From positions 72,353 through 136,352 of the forward strand of contig JBHLPH010000003.1 in NCBI GenBank assembly GCA_048939625.1: DNA of 64,000 bases, written 5' to 3'. The number at the start of each line of letters is the position of its first letter. The stretch's first letter is position 1. The notes beneath the pieces are model-generated. The model ran no database searches, was not told the DNA's origin, and saw nothing but the letters and a program-made list of their open reading frames with translations. Both the position numbers and the translations under genes were made by a program. The DNA comes from Promethearchaeota archaeon. GTDB taxonomy: Archaea > Asgardarchaeota > Hermodarchaeia > Hermodarchaeales > Hermodarchaeaceae. This document shows, piece by piece, positions 46,062-56,658 of this stretch.

Positions 46062-47384
46062 GTGTTCTCTGAACGTGGACGAACTGTCCTCCTCATAGGA
46101 ATCTTCATCCTCGTATCAGGGTTCGCTTTCATCAATTATGTTCTCGTTCTTGCAGGTATTTTCCTCATAATTGGCTCAGTTGCTAGCTCCCCCTATTTTC
46201 AACTGACTATGCCGGTTGAAACCTTAGAGGTGACGCGAGAAATTGATAAACGGAAAATTTTCCAAGATGACTTCGTTCACATAAAACTCACTATCAAGAA
46301 TACAGGATCGCATCGAATCGATTCAGTGGATATCTTTGATGTTTACCCTGAAATTTTCCGGTTGGTCTTGGGAAAGAATCGTATTCGCACTCGTATCGAT
46401 CCAAATCAAGTGGTTAAGTTTTCTTATATTCTTCAAGCACCATTACGAGGTAAATTTACCTTTGGACCTACAAAATTCCAAATATATGACCGGTTGGAAT
46501 ATCGGTTTGAGGAGATGTCTGGAGAAAACTTTGAAGAGTTGCTGATATACCCGAATGTTGAAGAAGTTCGGATAATGGAAAGTCTTGCAAAGAAGCGAAG
46601 ATTAGGTCATATGTTTGGGATACACAAAACCCGGCAGATGAGTTTAGGCACAGATTTTACTGGTATTCGAAAGTATGAGATAGGTGATGAATATCGCCGT
46701 ATTGATTGGAAATCCTCAGCCCGTTTGCAAAAACTCATGATGCGCCAGTATGAAACTGAGCGCAATATTCGCATGTTTATTCTTCTTGATACCGGCGCAA
46801 CGATGGCTGCAGGGCGACCAGAATATAGTAAACTTGAAGCAGCCATTCGCGCGGCCTTGATGCTTGCCAAAACTGCAATGGAACGAAAAGATCATGTTGG
46901 GTTACTAGCATGGTCAACGAAACATCATTCGTTTCTCAAACCCGGTCTTGGGGATGCACACTACCACCGAATGCTCGATCAACTCGCCGAAATTGAGCCT
47001 GGCGGGGAATTTGATCTAACAGCAGCAGTCGAGTATCTGGCTCCACGAATTAACCAACAAAGCTTTTTCATCATTATTACAGATCTCGAATCCAATCGAA
47101 GACGATTAGAGAAAGGAATCAGACTCATCCGAGGCTACAAACATAACGCTCTCATTATTCGACCCTTTGGTCCCTGGTTTGAAATCGAAGAGATTTATCT
47201 TTCACCGGTAGAACAAGCAATTGGCGAAGCCATCGTTCATAAGCTTCTCGAAGAACAGTCCCAGATAGCCAAAGGCTTTCAACGAGTGGGCGTTTCAATA
47301 ATTCCCGTAGGACCGGGTGATTTTCTCCCCACGGTACTCAGCGAGTATCTGAAAGCCAAGAAACGGAGTGTTGCGGTGATATAG
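46062..47384 (+). CDS. DUF58 (vWA-like) protein
   Basis: DFTGIRKYEIGD..RRIDWKSSAR, LDTGATM, IITD. Confidence 0.9.
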   Translation: MFSERGRTVLLIGIFILVSGFAFINYVLVLAGIFLIIGSVASSPYFQLTMPVETLEVTREIDKRKIFQDDFVHIKLTIKNTGSHRIDSVDIFDVYPEIFRLVLGKNRIRTRIDPNQVVKFSYILQAPLRGKFTFGPTKFQIYDRLEYRFEEMSGENFEELLIYPNVEEVRIMESLAKKRRLGHMFGIHKTRQMSLGTDFTGIRKYEIGDEYRRIDWKSSARLQKLMMRQYETERNIRMFILLDTGATMAAGRPEYSKLEAAIRAALMLAKTAMERKDHVGLLAWSTKHHSFLKPGLGDAHYHRMLDQLAEIEPGGEFDLTAAVEYLAPRINQQSFFIIITDLESNRRRLEKGIRLIRGYKHNALIIRPFGPWFEIEEIYLSPVEQAIGEAIVHKLLEEQSQIAKGFQRVGVSIIPVGPGDFLPTVLSEYLKAKKRSVAVI

Positions 47385-47403
47385 AAATGGAGGGAAACAA
47401 TAC

Positions 47404-48675
47404 ATGACACGGTACATTCTCTGGGCACTCCGAAGTGTCGCTATCGCGGTATTCGTTGCCTTTGCCGCAATCATCCTTGTAGGTTTAGATCCTTTTGTTT
47501 GGCGTGTTACAGGGCCAGCGGGGATTTTCACGTCACTACTAGACTTTGCCGTTGGACTACGAAATGTCCTGACACTAATGGTGTTTCTTTTTGTGGAAGT
47601 GGCTGCCTTTTTGAGTGCCGCTATTGGATCAAGTATTTACCATGTTCCACCCGAAAGTCTTTATCAATTCTATCGAGAGAGCATTGTTGCTTATTTCCAA
47701 GCCTTTGGCTTCACTCTCTCAACCGTTGTACCCCCAGAACAGCTGATTTTCTATATTTTCAACTTCCTTCAGAGTTTGTATTTTCTATCATTTTGGTTGT
47801 TACTTTTTGTAGCTATTGCCGCAGGGATAATGTCCTTTCTTCGCATCAGTGGTCGATTAGCTACTCTTTGTTTTGTCACTATGATGGGGTTAGCGATTCT
47901 GGGTGCCGCAGGAATTGCCCTAAATATTCCAGGAGGTGAAAATGGTTATTTTATGCCCCTTATAAGCACCAATCTTCCTGACCTGAATTTTCTTTTCTTT
48001 TTACAATCCCCTGTGTTTCTTGTTGCCCTTATGAGTTTTATTTACCTTGAGGTCTCCTTCCAAGTCGTGTACTTCTATTCCCTACTTGAGCCACCGACTC
48101 TTCGTGAGGAACAATTACGAAGACAACTTAACCAATTACAAACCGATGCTCAAAGACAAGTTCCCATTCAGACCCAAGATATTCCGGTGCCAAAAGCCTT
48201 GCAACGTATGTTAGGATCTGATGCGTTCCGTCTAATGCGTCAAGTCATTGAACGGAAACTGCTTCGCCGAGAATGGCTGGTTGAACTCAAGGATGCCCAC
48301 GAAGTTCGTCGACTCAACACGTTTGTTAATCGCTTATTCCGAGAGGATCCTGAAGCAGAATCTACGCTAACGGCACGAGCGTCGATGCCTTCTCTGACAC
48401 GGATGACTGCGTTATCGATTGGATCATCAGTTGTACGTTTTGTGTTTGTGATTTTAATTGCGTATATTTGTATTCACCCGGCAATATTTCTCGCTTTTAT
48501 GAATGCACCGCCAATTATCATCGAATCAGTAGAACTACTATTTTTACCAGAGAAGACCTTGCTGTTTCTGTTACCCTTGGTACTCCTATTTCCACTTGCT
48601 GCAACTATAATTGGGTATATACGACAGCGTCGAGCCCAACCTGCGGAGCCCATTAGACCGACATTGACACAATAG
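47404..48675 (+). CDS. Polytopic membrane protein, last gene of the MoxR operon
   Basis: About 8 hydrophobic segments plus a soluble helical loop; SD-like GGAGG upstream. Confidence 0.75.
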   Translation: MTRYILWALRSVAIAVFVAFAAIILVGLDPFVWRVTGPAGIFTSLLDFAVGLRNVLTLMVFLFVEVAAFLSAAIGSSIYHVPPESLYQFYRESIVAYFQAFGFTLSTVVPPEQLIFYIFNFLQSLYFLSFWLLLFVAIAAGIMSFLRISGRLATLCFVTMMGLAILGAAGIALNIPGGENGYFMPLISTNLPDLNFLFFLQSPVFLVALMSFIYLEVSFQVVYFYSLLEPPTLREEQLRRQLNQLQTDAQRQVPIQTQDIPVPKALQRMLGSDAFRLMRQVIERKLLRREWLVELKDAHEVRRLNTFVNRLFREDPEAESTLTARASMPSLTRMTALSIGSSVVRFVFVILIAYICIHPAIFLAFMNAPPIIIESVELLFLPEKTLLFLLPLVLLFPLAATIIGYIRQRRAQPAEPIRPTLTQ

Positions 48676-49129
48676 CACGGGATGAAGCACTTTCGGCAAG
48701 ACTAACTTGAATCTTAGAGATTTTCGGAAAATCAGTTGAAAGATTTTCCTTCAGTTTTTGACATAAAAGCCGTGCTAGCTCTTCTGCGGTTGTTTCTACA
48801 ACATCTATAACTCGGACATCTTTGGATGGAAAAGAATAGGTGCCTGTAGGTGTTGTGACCTGAGTCTGTTGACCTTGCTGGCTGGTTGTAATCAACTGTG
48901 ATGCTGCAGGTAACAAAATGAAATGATCCCACTGTTTACAGAGGTCTCCTATCCGCTGTTTTAGGATGCGGAAGTCAATCACCATGCCATATTCATTGAG
49001 TTCTCCATGGACTGTGACTGTTACATGATAATTGTGACCATGAAGTTGTTCACAGGTTCCACCTTCACTCACAAAATGAGCTGCAGCAAAATCGATACCG
49101 GAAACCTCTACGGCAGCATGCTTAGACAT
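48653..49129 (-). CDS. queD: 6-carboxytetrahydropterin synthase / PTPS family
   Basis: FAAAH, CEQLHGHNY, GMVIDF, TTAEELA. Confidence 0.88.
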   Translation of the reverse strand: MSKHAAVEVSGIDFAAAHFVSEGGTCEQLHGHNYHVTVTVHGELNEYGMVIDFRILKQRIGDLCKQWDHFILLPAASQLITTSQQGQQTQVTTPTGTYSFPSKDVRVIDVVETTAEELARLLCQKLKENLSTDFPKISKIQVSLAESASSRAIVSMSV

Positions 49130-49216
49130 AATAATTACCCACTACTCATACGTAACAAGAAGTAGAAAAAGAATAGGAAAAAAGAAAGATTGGCGCCCGC
49201 CAAAGCGGACGCTTGT

Positions 49217-50884
49217 TTACATCATTCCAGGCATACCGCCCATACCAGGAGGCATGCCACCCATTCCTGGAGGCATTCCGCCAGCACCAGCGGGTGGACC
49301 GGCGCTTCGTTTGGAAGCGATAACATCATCAATTCTGAGAATTAGTGATGCGGCTTCTGTGGCAGAGCGGATTGCATGGGTCTTTACGCGAAGCGGCTCA
49401 AGGACGCCTGCTTTCAGCATGTCTTTGGCTTTGCCTGTCAAGATGTCGACGCCTATGGTGTTCTTCTTACTTCCGTGTTCAGCGCGGAGTGCAACAATTA
49501 CATCGATGGGATCGTGCCCAGCGTTTTCTGCAAGAGTTTTGGGAATGATTTCCATGGCATCAGCAAATTTGTTTACTGCAATTTGCTCACGACCCTTGAG
49601 TGTTGAAGCGTATTCGCGAAGGTGGGATGCCACTTCGACTTCTGGGGCACCGCCTCCTGGGACGATTTTGCCATCTTCAACTGCATCTCGAACAACTGAG
49701 ACGGCATCATGGAAGGCTCGTTCAGCTTCATCAACAACACGTTCAGTGCCGCCACGAATGAGTACACTTACTGTTTTAGGATCTTTACAGCCTTCGACGA
49801 AGACCATCTTGTCATCGCCTACTTTTCGTTCTTCTACAGTATCACATTTGCCAAGATCCTTAGCTGTAAGGTGGTCGATTGTGGATACGACTTGTCCTCC
49901 TGTGGCGCGAGCCAGAGATTCCATATCACTCTTTTTCACTCGGCGTACAGCAATAATGCCATCCTTTGCGAGATAGTGTTGCACTTTGTCATCAATTCCC
50001 TTTTGGGCAAAGACGACGTTTGCACCAACTTCTTTCACCTTTTCGGAGATGCTTTTTAGCATTCGTTGTTCTTCATCAAGGAAGGATTGCATTTGTTCAG
50101 GATTGGTAATTCGAATTTCTGCATCCATCTCTGTTTTCTCGACTTCCATCGAAGCATTGAGAAGAGCAATTTTTGCACCATTGATACTACGAGGCATTTC
50201 AGAATGCACAATTTCTTTGTCAATGATTACTCCGCGAACTAATTGAGTCTCACGGATGGAGCCGCCTTCCTTCTTCTCAACTTTTATATGGTCGATATCG
50301 GCGACGATTCCATCAGGAGTGACCTCTGTGATCTGGATTACGGAGTCAACCGCTATGGGAGAGAGAAAATCTTTGGCTTCAGCAATGAGTTTACTTGCCA
50401 TTGAAGTATTACTGACCTTCAGAAGTTTATCACGAGCTTCAACGGGGCAATCGATGGCCATGTTGTTTAGAATTTCACTTGCCTTGTCTACGGCTTTTCG
50501 ATATCCGGAGATGATGACGGTTGGATGGACGCCTGATGTGATGAGACCCAGTGCTTGCTTGAGATATTCACCGCACAGGACTACTGCCGATGTGGTGCCA
50601 TCACCTGTTTCAGAGTCTTGGGCTTTGGCTACCTGAACAAGCATTTTGGCAGCAGGATGCTGAACTTCAATCTCATCAAGGATAGTAGCACCATCATTTG
50701 TGATGGTGACATCGCCCAGGCTATCCACGAGCATTTTATCTTGACCACGCGGACCCAAAGAGGTGCGAACTGCATCAGCTAGTGCTCGCACAGCCATGAT
50801 GTTGTTTTCACGAGCATCACGACCTCGGGCGCGTTCAGTTCCTTCTTTAAGTATTAATACCGGCACGCCTTGCATTTGTGCCAT
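49217..50884 (-). CDS. Thermosome (group II chaperonin) subunit
   Basis: LGPRGQDKM, ITNDGATIL, GDGTTS, LRIDD, GGM-rich tail. Confidence 0.97.
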   Translation of the reverse strand: MAQMQGVPVLILKEGTERARGRDARENNIMAVRALADAVRTSLGPRGQDKMLVDSLGDVTITNDGATILDEIEVQHPAAKMLVQVAKAQDSETGDGTTSAVVLCGEYLKQALGLITSGVHPTVIISGYRKAVDKASEILNNMAIDCPVEARDKLLKVSNTSMASKLIAEAKDFLSPIAVDSVIQITEVTPDGIVADIDHIKVEKKEGGSIRETQLVRGVIIDKEIVHSEMPRSINGAKIALLNASMEVEKTEMDAEIRITNPEQMQSFLDEEQRMLKSISEKVKEVGANVVFAQKGIDDKVQHYLAKDGIIAVRRVKKSDMESLARATGGQVVSTIDHLTAKDLGKCDTVEERKVGDDKMVFVEGCKDPKTVSVLIRGGTERVVDEAERAFHDAVSVVRDAVEDGKIVPGGGAPEVEVASHLREYASTLKGREQIAVNKFADAMEIIPKTLAENAGHDPIDVIVALRAEHGSKKNTIGVDILTGKAKDMLKAGVLEPLRVKTHAIRSATEAASLILRIDDVIASKRSAGPPAGAGGMPPGMGGMPPGMGGMPGMM

Positions 50885-51002
50885 GTTAGTTTTCCTCCTG
50901 AGTAATTATTGGTTTTTCAAGTAGGATGAACTGCTCCGGCAATCCTTGCACTGACATAAAAAGCTTACGCCATTTCTGGTTCGAGTTTATAATGAATCTA
51001 TT

Positions 51003-51629
51003 CTACATTTCGGTGAGTGGAGTATAATCCCAGGCGGTAAATATCGTCTTTAGCAGCTTGACTATTCCCCGAGAGAGAAAGATGGTCTCCATAAGAAATG
51101 CCATAAAGAGAATCTCAATCCAAGCTTTCCCAACTATTCCCATTGCAATAATTAGGACGAATTCCGCGGGTATAGGAGTTAGGAAGGGAACGACAAAAAC
51201 GAAAAGCCAAATTGTAAAGATGCACTCTGGTACATATCCAAGGATCACAGACAGAAATGGACGTTTCAGAGTCCTTTGTGCGATTCCGCTGGTGAATCCA
51301 GTCATGGCTTTTCCCGCGGGTAGACCGATAAGCCCGACTATTCCTAGCTGACCCCATATGTAACCAAACGCAATTCCAGGATAGATTCCTACTATAGCGC
51401 CAGTTATGGCGCCAAGGATAGCGCCACCTGGAATGGCCACCATAAAAGTTCCAAGATGGCTCAAATCCAGTGAAATCTGAGTAGCACCCAGTTGAACAGT
51501 GTTTATTGTTAAAATTGAGACTGCGGTGCCGAGGGCAGCCATGATAGCAACATAAACGATAATTTTTGTACTATACAATTGCGATTTTGCGTTAATTGCC
51601 ACCGTGATGCCTCCATGGAGTAGGCGCAT
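51003..51629 (-). CDS. ECF transporter S-component-like membrane protein
   Basis: YVAIMAALG, SLDLSH..., about 6 TMs. Confidence 0.7.
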   Translation of the reverse strand: MRLLHGGITVAINAKSQLYSTKIIVYVAIMAALGTAVSILTINTVQLGATQISLDLSHLGTFMVAIPGGAILGAITGAIVGIYPGIAFGYIWGQLGIVGLIGLPAGKAMTGFTSGIAQRTLKRPFLSVILGYVPECIFTIWLFVFVVPFLTPIPAEFVLIIAMGIVGKAWIEILFMAFLMETIFLSRGIVKLLKTIFTAWDYTPLTEM

Positions 51630-51741
51630 TGAAATGTCCAGATATATAAGAGTAGCTACTCGTTTTTGAGTAGAACCGTACCTTGGTTGTGGAGAAAGCT
51701 ATTTCTGATTCGGGTTTACGAACAGTGGTGAGGTTGATTCA

Positions 51742-53148
51742 GTGTCCAACTTTCGTCATTCATTCCTCCCCACCGTTGGCAAGCAAGAGGCAGAAATGCT
51801 TGCAACTCTGGGGATAAAGCACATCCATGAGTTATTCGAGGATATTCCATCAAAGTTTCAATTGAAAGAACGGTTGAAAATTCCTGATTGCTTATCTGAA
51901 AGTGAAGTCAGCATCAAGATCTCTGAAGCACTTTCGCAGAACTGGAATCCAGAGCATGGCATCACTTTTTTGGGAGGCGGGGTTTGGCCCCATCTTATTC
52001 CTGAAGCGGTTAAAGCAGTAGTGAATCGTACAGAGTTTCTAACGGCATACACACCTTATCAGGCTGAAATTAGCCAAGGTATGTTACAGGCCCTTTTTGA
52101 GTATCAGAGTCTGATGGCTGAGCTTGTAGATCTTCCGATTGTTAATGCATCGATGTATGACTGGGCGAGTGCTTTAGGAGAAGCAGCGCTATTAGCGAGT
52201 CGGGTTACCAATCGAAATCGATTTCTTATTCCCCAACTTGTGTCACCTAATCGCCAAGCCGTTTTACAGACCTATGCTAAGCCTGCAAATATACAGATTG
52301 AGAGTATCAGTTATGATCAGCGGACAGGGCAACTAAATCTTGAGCAGTTGAAAGAGTTGCTTAAAACTAACACCGCCGGTGTGTATTTTGAAAATCCTGG
52401 ATATCACGGCGTTTTACAGGATGATGTTGACGCAATAGCTGATATTGTGCATGATGCTGGAGCCCTGCTGGTGGTTGGTGTCGATCCGATCTCGCTGGGA
52501 GTGATTCGACCCCCTGGCAATTATGATGCAGACCTTGTTATTGGAGAAGGACAGCCTCTGGGAAGCTCCATGAATATGGGTGGTCCGTTATTAGGGATTT
52601 TTGCTAGCAAAGATGAACGGAAGATTTTACGTCAGCTTCCAGGTCGCATTATTGGTCTAACGACGACTCAGAGCGGGAGCGAAAGGGGGTTTGTTATGAC
52701 TATTCAAGCACGTGAACAGCATATTCGAAGAGAAAAGGCTACCTCGAACATTTGTTCTAACCAGGCGCATTCTGCAATTACAGCAGCAGTCTATCTTTCA
52801 TTACTAGGACCGCAAGGCATGGTTGAACTTGGAAAGAAAATCCTACAACTAGGCAAATATGCTACCAAACAACTTAACGCAGTTGAAGGAATTAAAGCCC
52901 CCTATTTTGAGTCCCCACATTTCAAAGAATTTATCGTATCAATTGAAATCAGTTCCGGAAATCAAACTGGCGGGATTCGAGCTGTTTTGGAACGCATTCA
53001 CCAGTGTGGCATACTCGCAGGTGTCCCTCTAGATCAGAGCTTTCCTGACCTTGGACAATCGGCACTTGTGTGTGTTACCGAAACGCATAGTCAGGAAGCT
53101 ATAGACCAACTGGCACTTGCATTTCAACAAGTAATGGAGGGTGAATAA
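51742..53148 (+). CDS. gcvPA: Glycine decarboxylase P protein subunit 1
   Basis: TAYTPYQAEISQG, NASMYD, REQHIRREKATSNICSNQ. Confidence 0.96.
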   Translation: MSNFRHSFLPTVGKQEAEMLATLGIKHIHELFEDIPSKFQLKERLKIPDCLSESEVSIKISEALSQNWNPEHGITFLGGGVWPHLIPEAVKAVVNRTEFLTAYTPYQAEISQGMLQALFEYQSLMAELVDLPIVNASMYDWASALGEAALLASRVTNRNRFLIPQLVSPNRQAVLQTYAKPANIQIESISYDQRTGQLNLEQLKELLKTNTAGVYFENPGYHGVLQDDVDAIADIVHDAGALLVVGVDPISLGVIRPPGNYDADLVIGEGQPLGSSMNMGGPLLGIFASKDERKILRQLPGRIIGLTTTQSGSERGFVMTIQAREQHIRREKATSNICSNQAHSAITAAVYLSLLGPQGMVELGKKILQLGKYATKQLNAVEGIKAPYFESPHFKEFIVSIEISSGNQTGGIRAVLERIHQCGILAGVPLDQSFPDLGQSALVCVTETHSQEAIDQLALAFQQVMEGE

Positions 53149-54668
53149 TGAAGTTTCATCAAGCAAAATGGGATGAACCACTCATCTTCGATCGAACTCG
53201 ATCGGGAACAATTGGTTATTCGCTTCCTCAACACAGTAAAGCAATCAAAAATACGCTTCCTAATCCCACCTCATCCATTCCCGAAGCCCTTCGTCGTAAA
53301 GATCCTCCAGCCTTACCTGAATTATCAGAGCCTGAAGTTGTCCAGCATTTTGTTCGACTATCACAAATGAACTATTGCGTTGACTTGGGTCTTTACCCGC
53401 TTGGCAGTTGTACAATGAAGTATAACCCAGCATTGAATGAAGCGATTATCAAAAACCCTTCCTTTTCGCAATCCCATCCGAGTCAAGATTGTTCTACGCT
53501 GCAAGGCATTCTTCGTATTTTATTTGAATTACAACAATGGCTTTCTGAGATTACGGGGATGGATCAACATTCCTTACAGCCTTCAGCAGGAGCCCAAGGA
53601 GAATTGGCAGGGGTTCTAATTATTCGCGCCTATCATGAGGATCACGGCGAACTTCAAACTCGACGCCAAATTCTTATTCCTGATTCAGCCCATGGGACAA
53701 ATCCTGCAAGTGCGGCAATGGCTGGTTTTGACGTTGTCGTTGTTCCTTCAAACAAACAGGGACAGGTTGATATTCAGGCCTTGAAAAGCGCAGTCTCGGA
53801 GCAAACGGCGGGGTTGATGTTAACAAACCCCAACACACTTGGATTATTTGAGCAGAAGATTGAAACAATTGCCGCGGTTATCCACAAAGCGGGTGGATTA
53901 CTGTATTATGATGGTGCTAACCTGAACGCAAACCTTGGACGAGTTCGCCCAGGTGATATGGGATTTGATATCATCCACACCAACCTACACAAGACTTTTG
54001 CCACGCCTCATGGAGGAGGTGGTCCTGGTGCGGGACCGGTTGGGGTCAAACAACATCTTGCACAATATCTTCCCGTGCCCGTCATCTCTTTTGATGGCAA
54101 GCAGTATTATTCAGACATTGACCGACCGAAATCAATTGGTCGTCTACATGGATTCTACGGGAACATCGCGGTTTTGCTAAAAGCCTATGCATATATCATG
54201 AGAATGGGTTGGCAGGGGCTACATGCTGTTTCAGAATATGCAGTATTGAATGCAAATTACCTAATGAAACGCATTGAGGGCACCAAAGGTTACAGCATTC
54301 CCTTCGCCCCGGGTGTATGGCGAAAACATGAGGTTGTTATAAGTGCAAAACCGCTTGAACGTGATACAGGTGTCAACGCACGAGATGTTGCCAAAGCACT
54401 CCTCGACCGAGGCTTACATGCTCCAACCTTTTATTTTCCAGCAATAGTTGAGGAAGCTCTAATGATTGAGCCTACAGAGACCTTTAGTAAAGCAGAGTTG
54501 GATCGTTTTGTTGACGCATTGCAGGAAATTGCTCAACTAGCTTATTCTGATCCTTCGCGTATTACTGAGGCTCCGAAGAATACGACTATTGAACGTTTGG
54601 ATGAGGTTAAAGCCGCTCATCCACGCACAATGACTTTATCGTGGAAGATGCTGCGACAGCATGATTAA
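53148..54668 (+). CDS. gcvPB: Glycine decarboxylase P protein subunit 2
   Basis: YPLGSCTMKYNP, AHGTNPASA, NLHKTFATPHGGGGPG. Confidence 0.96.
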   Translation: MKFHQAKWDEPLIFDRTRSGTIGYSLPQHSKAIKNTLPNPTSSIPEALRRKDPPALPELSEPEVVQHFVRLSQMNYCVDLGLYPLGSCTMKYNPALNEAIIKNPSFSQSHPSQDCSTLQGILRILFELQQWLSEITGMDQHSLQPSAGAQGELAGVLIIRAYHEDHGELQTRRQILIPDSAHGTNPASAAMAGFDVVVVPSNKQGQVDIQALKSAVSEQTAGLMLTNPNTLGLFEQKIETIAAVIHKAGGLLYYDGANLNANLGRVRPGDMGFDIIHTNLHKTFATPHGGGGPGAGPVGVKQHLAQYLPVPVISFDGKQYYSDIDRPKSIGRLHGFYGNIAVLLKAYAYIMRMGWQGLHAVSEYAVLNANYLMKRIEGTKGYSIPFAPGVWRKHEVVISAKPLERDTGVNARDVAKALLDRGLHAPTFYFPAIVEEALMIEPTETFSKAELDRFVDALQEIAQLAYSDPSRITEAPKNTTIERLDEVKAAHPRTMTLSWKMLRQHD

Positions 54669-54794
54669 CTAAACAGATCTGGATTTTTATTCGGCAAAGG
54701 CGTTTTCAATGAATGCTGCAGATTAGCTGAATAAACAACGGCTTAAAAGTTCACGGTCAGTTCCGATACATGAATTCTTTTAGAATCTGTTTGG

Positions 54795-55346
54795 TCATGC
54801 TTTGGGGAGTATACGCTTTCTACGGGGAATGATGAAGGGTACTGCTTCTCGGTACATACCATACGTATCGCCAAAGCGTCGTAGCAGCTCAAATTCCTCA
54901 TAACCCAGCAAGGCGAGTTGAAGGGATGTAAAGAGAACGGCAATGATAAGAAAGGGGACTAAGTCAAACATCAACGCTAATGCTGGGTTCATAAGAATTA
55001 AGCCCAATGTCTGGGGATGACGGCAATAAGAATATGCTCCCACGGTCACAAGAGTTGAAGTACGCCGACTGAGCCCTATCTCACCACCTTGTGTCCGATC
55101 CCGACCCAGAGATGTCACCCCCCATACGATGAACATAATCGCAAGTAGGAGCAGAATCGTTCCCACTAATAGCTCGAGAAATCTCCATGGGTTCAATAGA
55201 CTAGCCCCAGGAAGCAATTGCCATGGAATCTGTGGGAGATACGCTGTCAATAGAATAGCGATAATGACTATCACTAAGTAGAGGATATTTGGTAAAATGA
55301 TAATTCTTGCTTGTCCCTTTGATATATGCCGAATTGATTCAGCCAT
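54795..55346 (-). CDS. ICMT/PEMT-family membrane methyltransferase
   Basis: LVTVGAYSYCRHPQ, EE..L.RRFGDTY..Y...VPFIIP. Confidence 0.85.
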   Translation of the reverse strand: MAESIRHISKGQARIIILPNILYLVIVIIAILLTAYLPQIPWQLLPGASLLNPWRFLELLVGTILLLLAIMFIVWGVTSLGRDRTQGGEIGLSRRTSTLVTVGAYSYCRHPQTLGLILMNPALALMFDLVPFLIIAVLFTSLQLALLGYEEFELLRRFGDTYGMYREAVPFIIPRRKRILPKA

Positions 55347-55505
55347 GCAGGGTCCTCCGATATATTTGTCTTAGGTATCTAGACACCTTACTTATCAGTG
55401 ATATCTGCAACGAGTAAATTAATCCCTACAATAAATATACCTTCAGTCGATTATTCACGAATGATCAGCTCTCAAAGTATCCAAACCCTGTCGAGGAATC
55501 TCCCT

Positions 55506-55892
55506 ATGGACAACCGTTCTAAAGCTGCAGAACTAATCCGAACCGCAAAACACCTGGTCGCCCTTACAGGCGCTGGTATTTCCAAGGAATCCAATGTCCC
55601 TACCTTCCGAGGTAAAGATGGTCTCTGGAAACGCTATAATGTCATGAACCTTGCCACCCCGCAGGCTTTCAACAGAAATCTCGCTCTCGTTTGGGAATGG
55701 TATACCTGGCGTCAAAATCTTATCGCGCATCGTGAACCTAATCCCGCTCATTACACTCTAGCGAAATAGGAAAAAAATCACATTCTCAAATCGCTAATTA
55801 CCCAAAACGTTGACGGGCTCCACCGAAAAGCAGACTCAACCAAGGTACTTGAAGTCCACGGTAATATCTGGATGGTTAGCAGGTTTGGTTGA
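55506..55892 (+). pseudogene. cobB: Sir2/CobB NAD-dependent deacylase remnant
   Basis: TGAGISKES..PTFRG, PNPAH, in-frame TAG at 55767-55769, then ITQNVDGLH...EVHGNIW. It ends before the Zn-binding and C-terminal half. Confidence 0.85.
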
Positions 55893-55911
55893 TTAATTAA
55901 AAGAAGCGCGT

Positions 55912-56643
55912 CTATCCACGCTTCTTTCGACCTGAGCGCTTCGGTGCAATTAATCCTACCTTTTGACCTGGAGGTGCGGTTCGTGATACTGAACTAGGAC
56001 CGCCAGGACGTTGTTTGTTGCCACCGCCATGTGGGTGGCTAACGGCGTTCATTGCAACACCACGGACCTTGGGGTAGGTCAGACCCTTAGCATAGCGGTG
56101 TTTGTGTTTACTACCGGCTTTTAGAAATGGTTTTTCGGGTCTTCCTCCACCCGAAACTACGCCTATGGTTGCTCGAGCAGTGGAACTGAAGGCGCGGGTT
56201 TTGCCGGAGGGTAAGCGAATAGAGGTTTTTCCCTTTGAATGGGTAACAATGGTGGCATAGGTGCCGCTGGAACGGACGAACTTTCCGCCATCACCTGGTT
56301 GGCTTTCTATATTGAAAACAGGTGTACCTTCAGGAATTTTCCCTAAAGGAAGAATATGTCCAGCACGGATGCCTGCTTTTGGTCCTATTCGTAGTTGCTG
56401 TCCGACAGCTGTGCCCTCTGGCACCAAAGATAAATGGGAATCACCAGTCTCGAGGCGGAGTGAAGCAATAGGTGCACCTCGCCCGGGATCATGGAGGAGT
56501 TCTTCAACTTCAGCTAATAGGTATCCGCGTTTATCCATGACAGCTAGTGGAGGGTATTTGACTGGTCCGCGTCTCCGGTGTGTTTTAGCGCGAAATGTAG
56601 ATGAGCCACGCCCGCGACGTTGAACTAATATTCGTTTTCCCAT
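55912..56643 (-). CDS. rpl2: 50S ribosomal protein uL2
   Basis: MGKRILVQRRGRG, HDPGR, VRGVAMNAVSHPHGGG. Confidence 0.98.
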   Translation of the reverse strand: MGKRILVQRRGRGSSTFRAKTHRRRGPVKYPPLAVMDKRGYLLAEVEELLHDPGRGAPIASLRLETGDSHLSLVPEGTAVGQQLRIGPKAGIRAGHILPLGKIPEGTPVFNIESQPGDGGKFVRSSGTYATIVTHSKGKTSIRLPSGKTRAFSSTARATIGVVSGGGRPEKPFLKAGSKHKHRYAKGLTYPKVRGVAMNAVSHPHGGGNKQRPGGPSSVSRTAPPGQKVGLIAPKRSGRKKRG

Positions 56644-56658
56644 TTTTGTTGCCTCCGA

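Noticed and set aside
49220-49290. Short tandem-like repeats at the thermosome 3' end
   Set aside because: They encode the ordinary GGM(P)-rich chaperonin tail.
49254-50636. Long antisense ORFs (240, 126, 116 aa) opposite the thermosome, and similar shadow ORFs throughout
   Set aside because: Antisense in-register shadows of conserved genes with no motifs; explained by codon bias.
55767-55769. In-frame TAG in Sir2 as possible pyrrolysine or read-through
   Set aside because: The reading frame is truncated ~40 codons later anyway and lacks the Zn and C-terminal domains. A TGG>TAG nonsense change is simpler, and no pyl genes are in the window.
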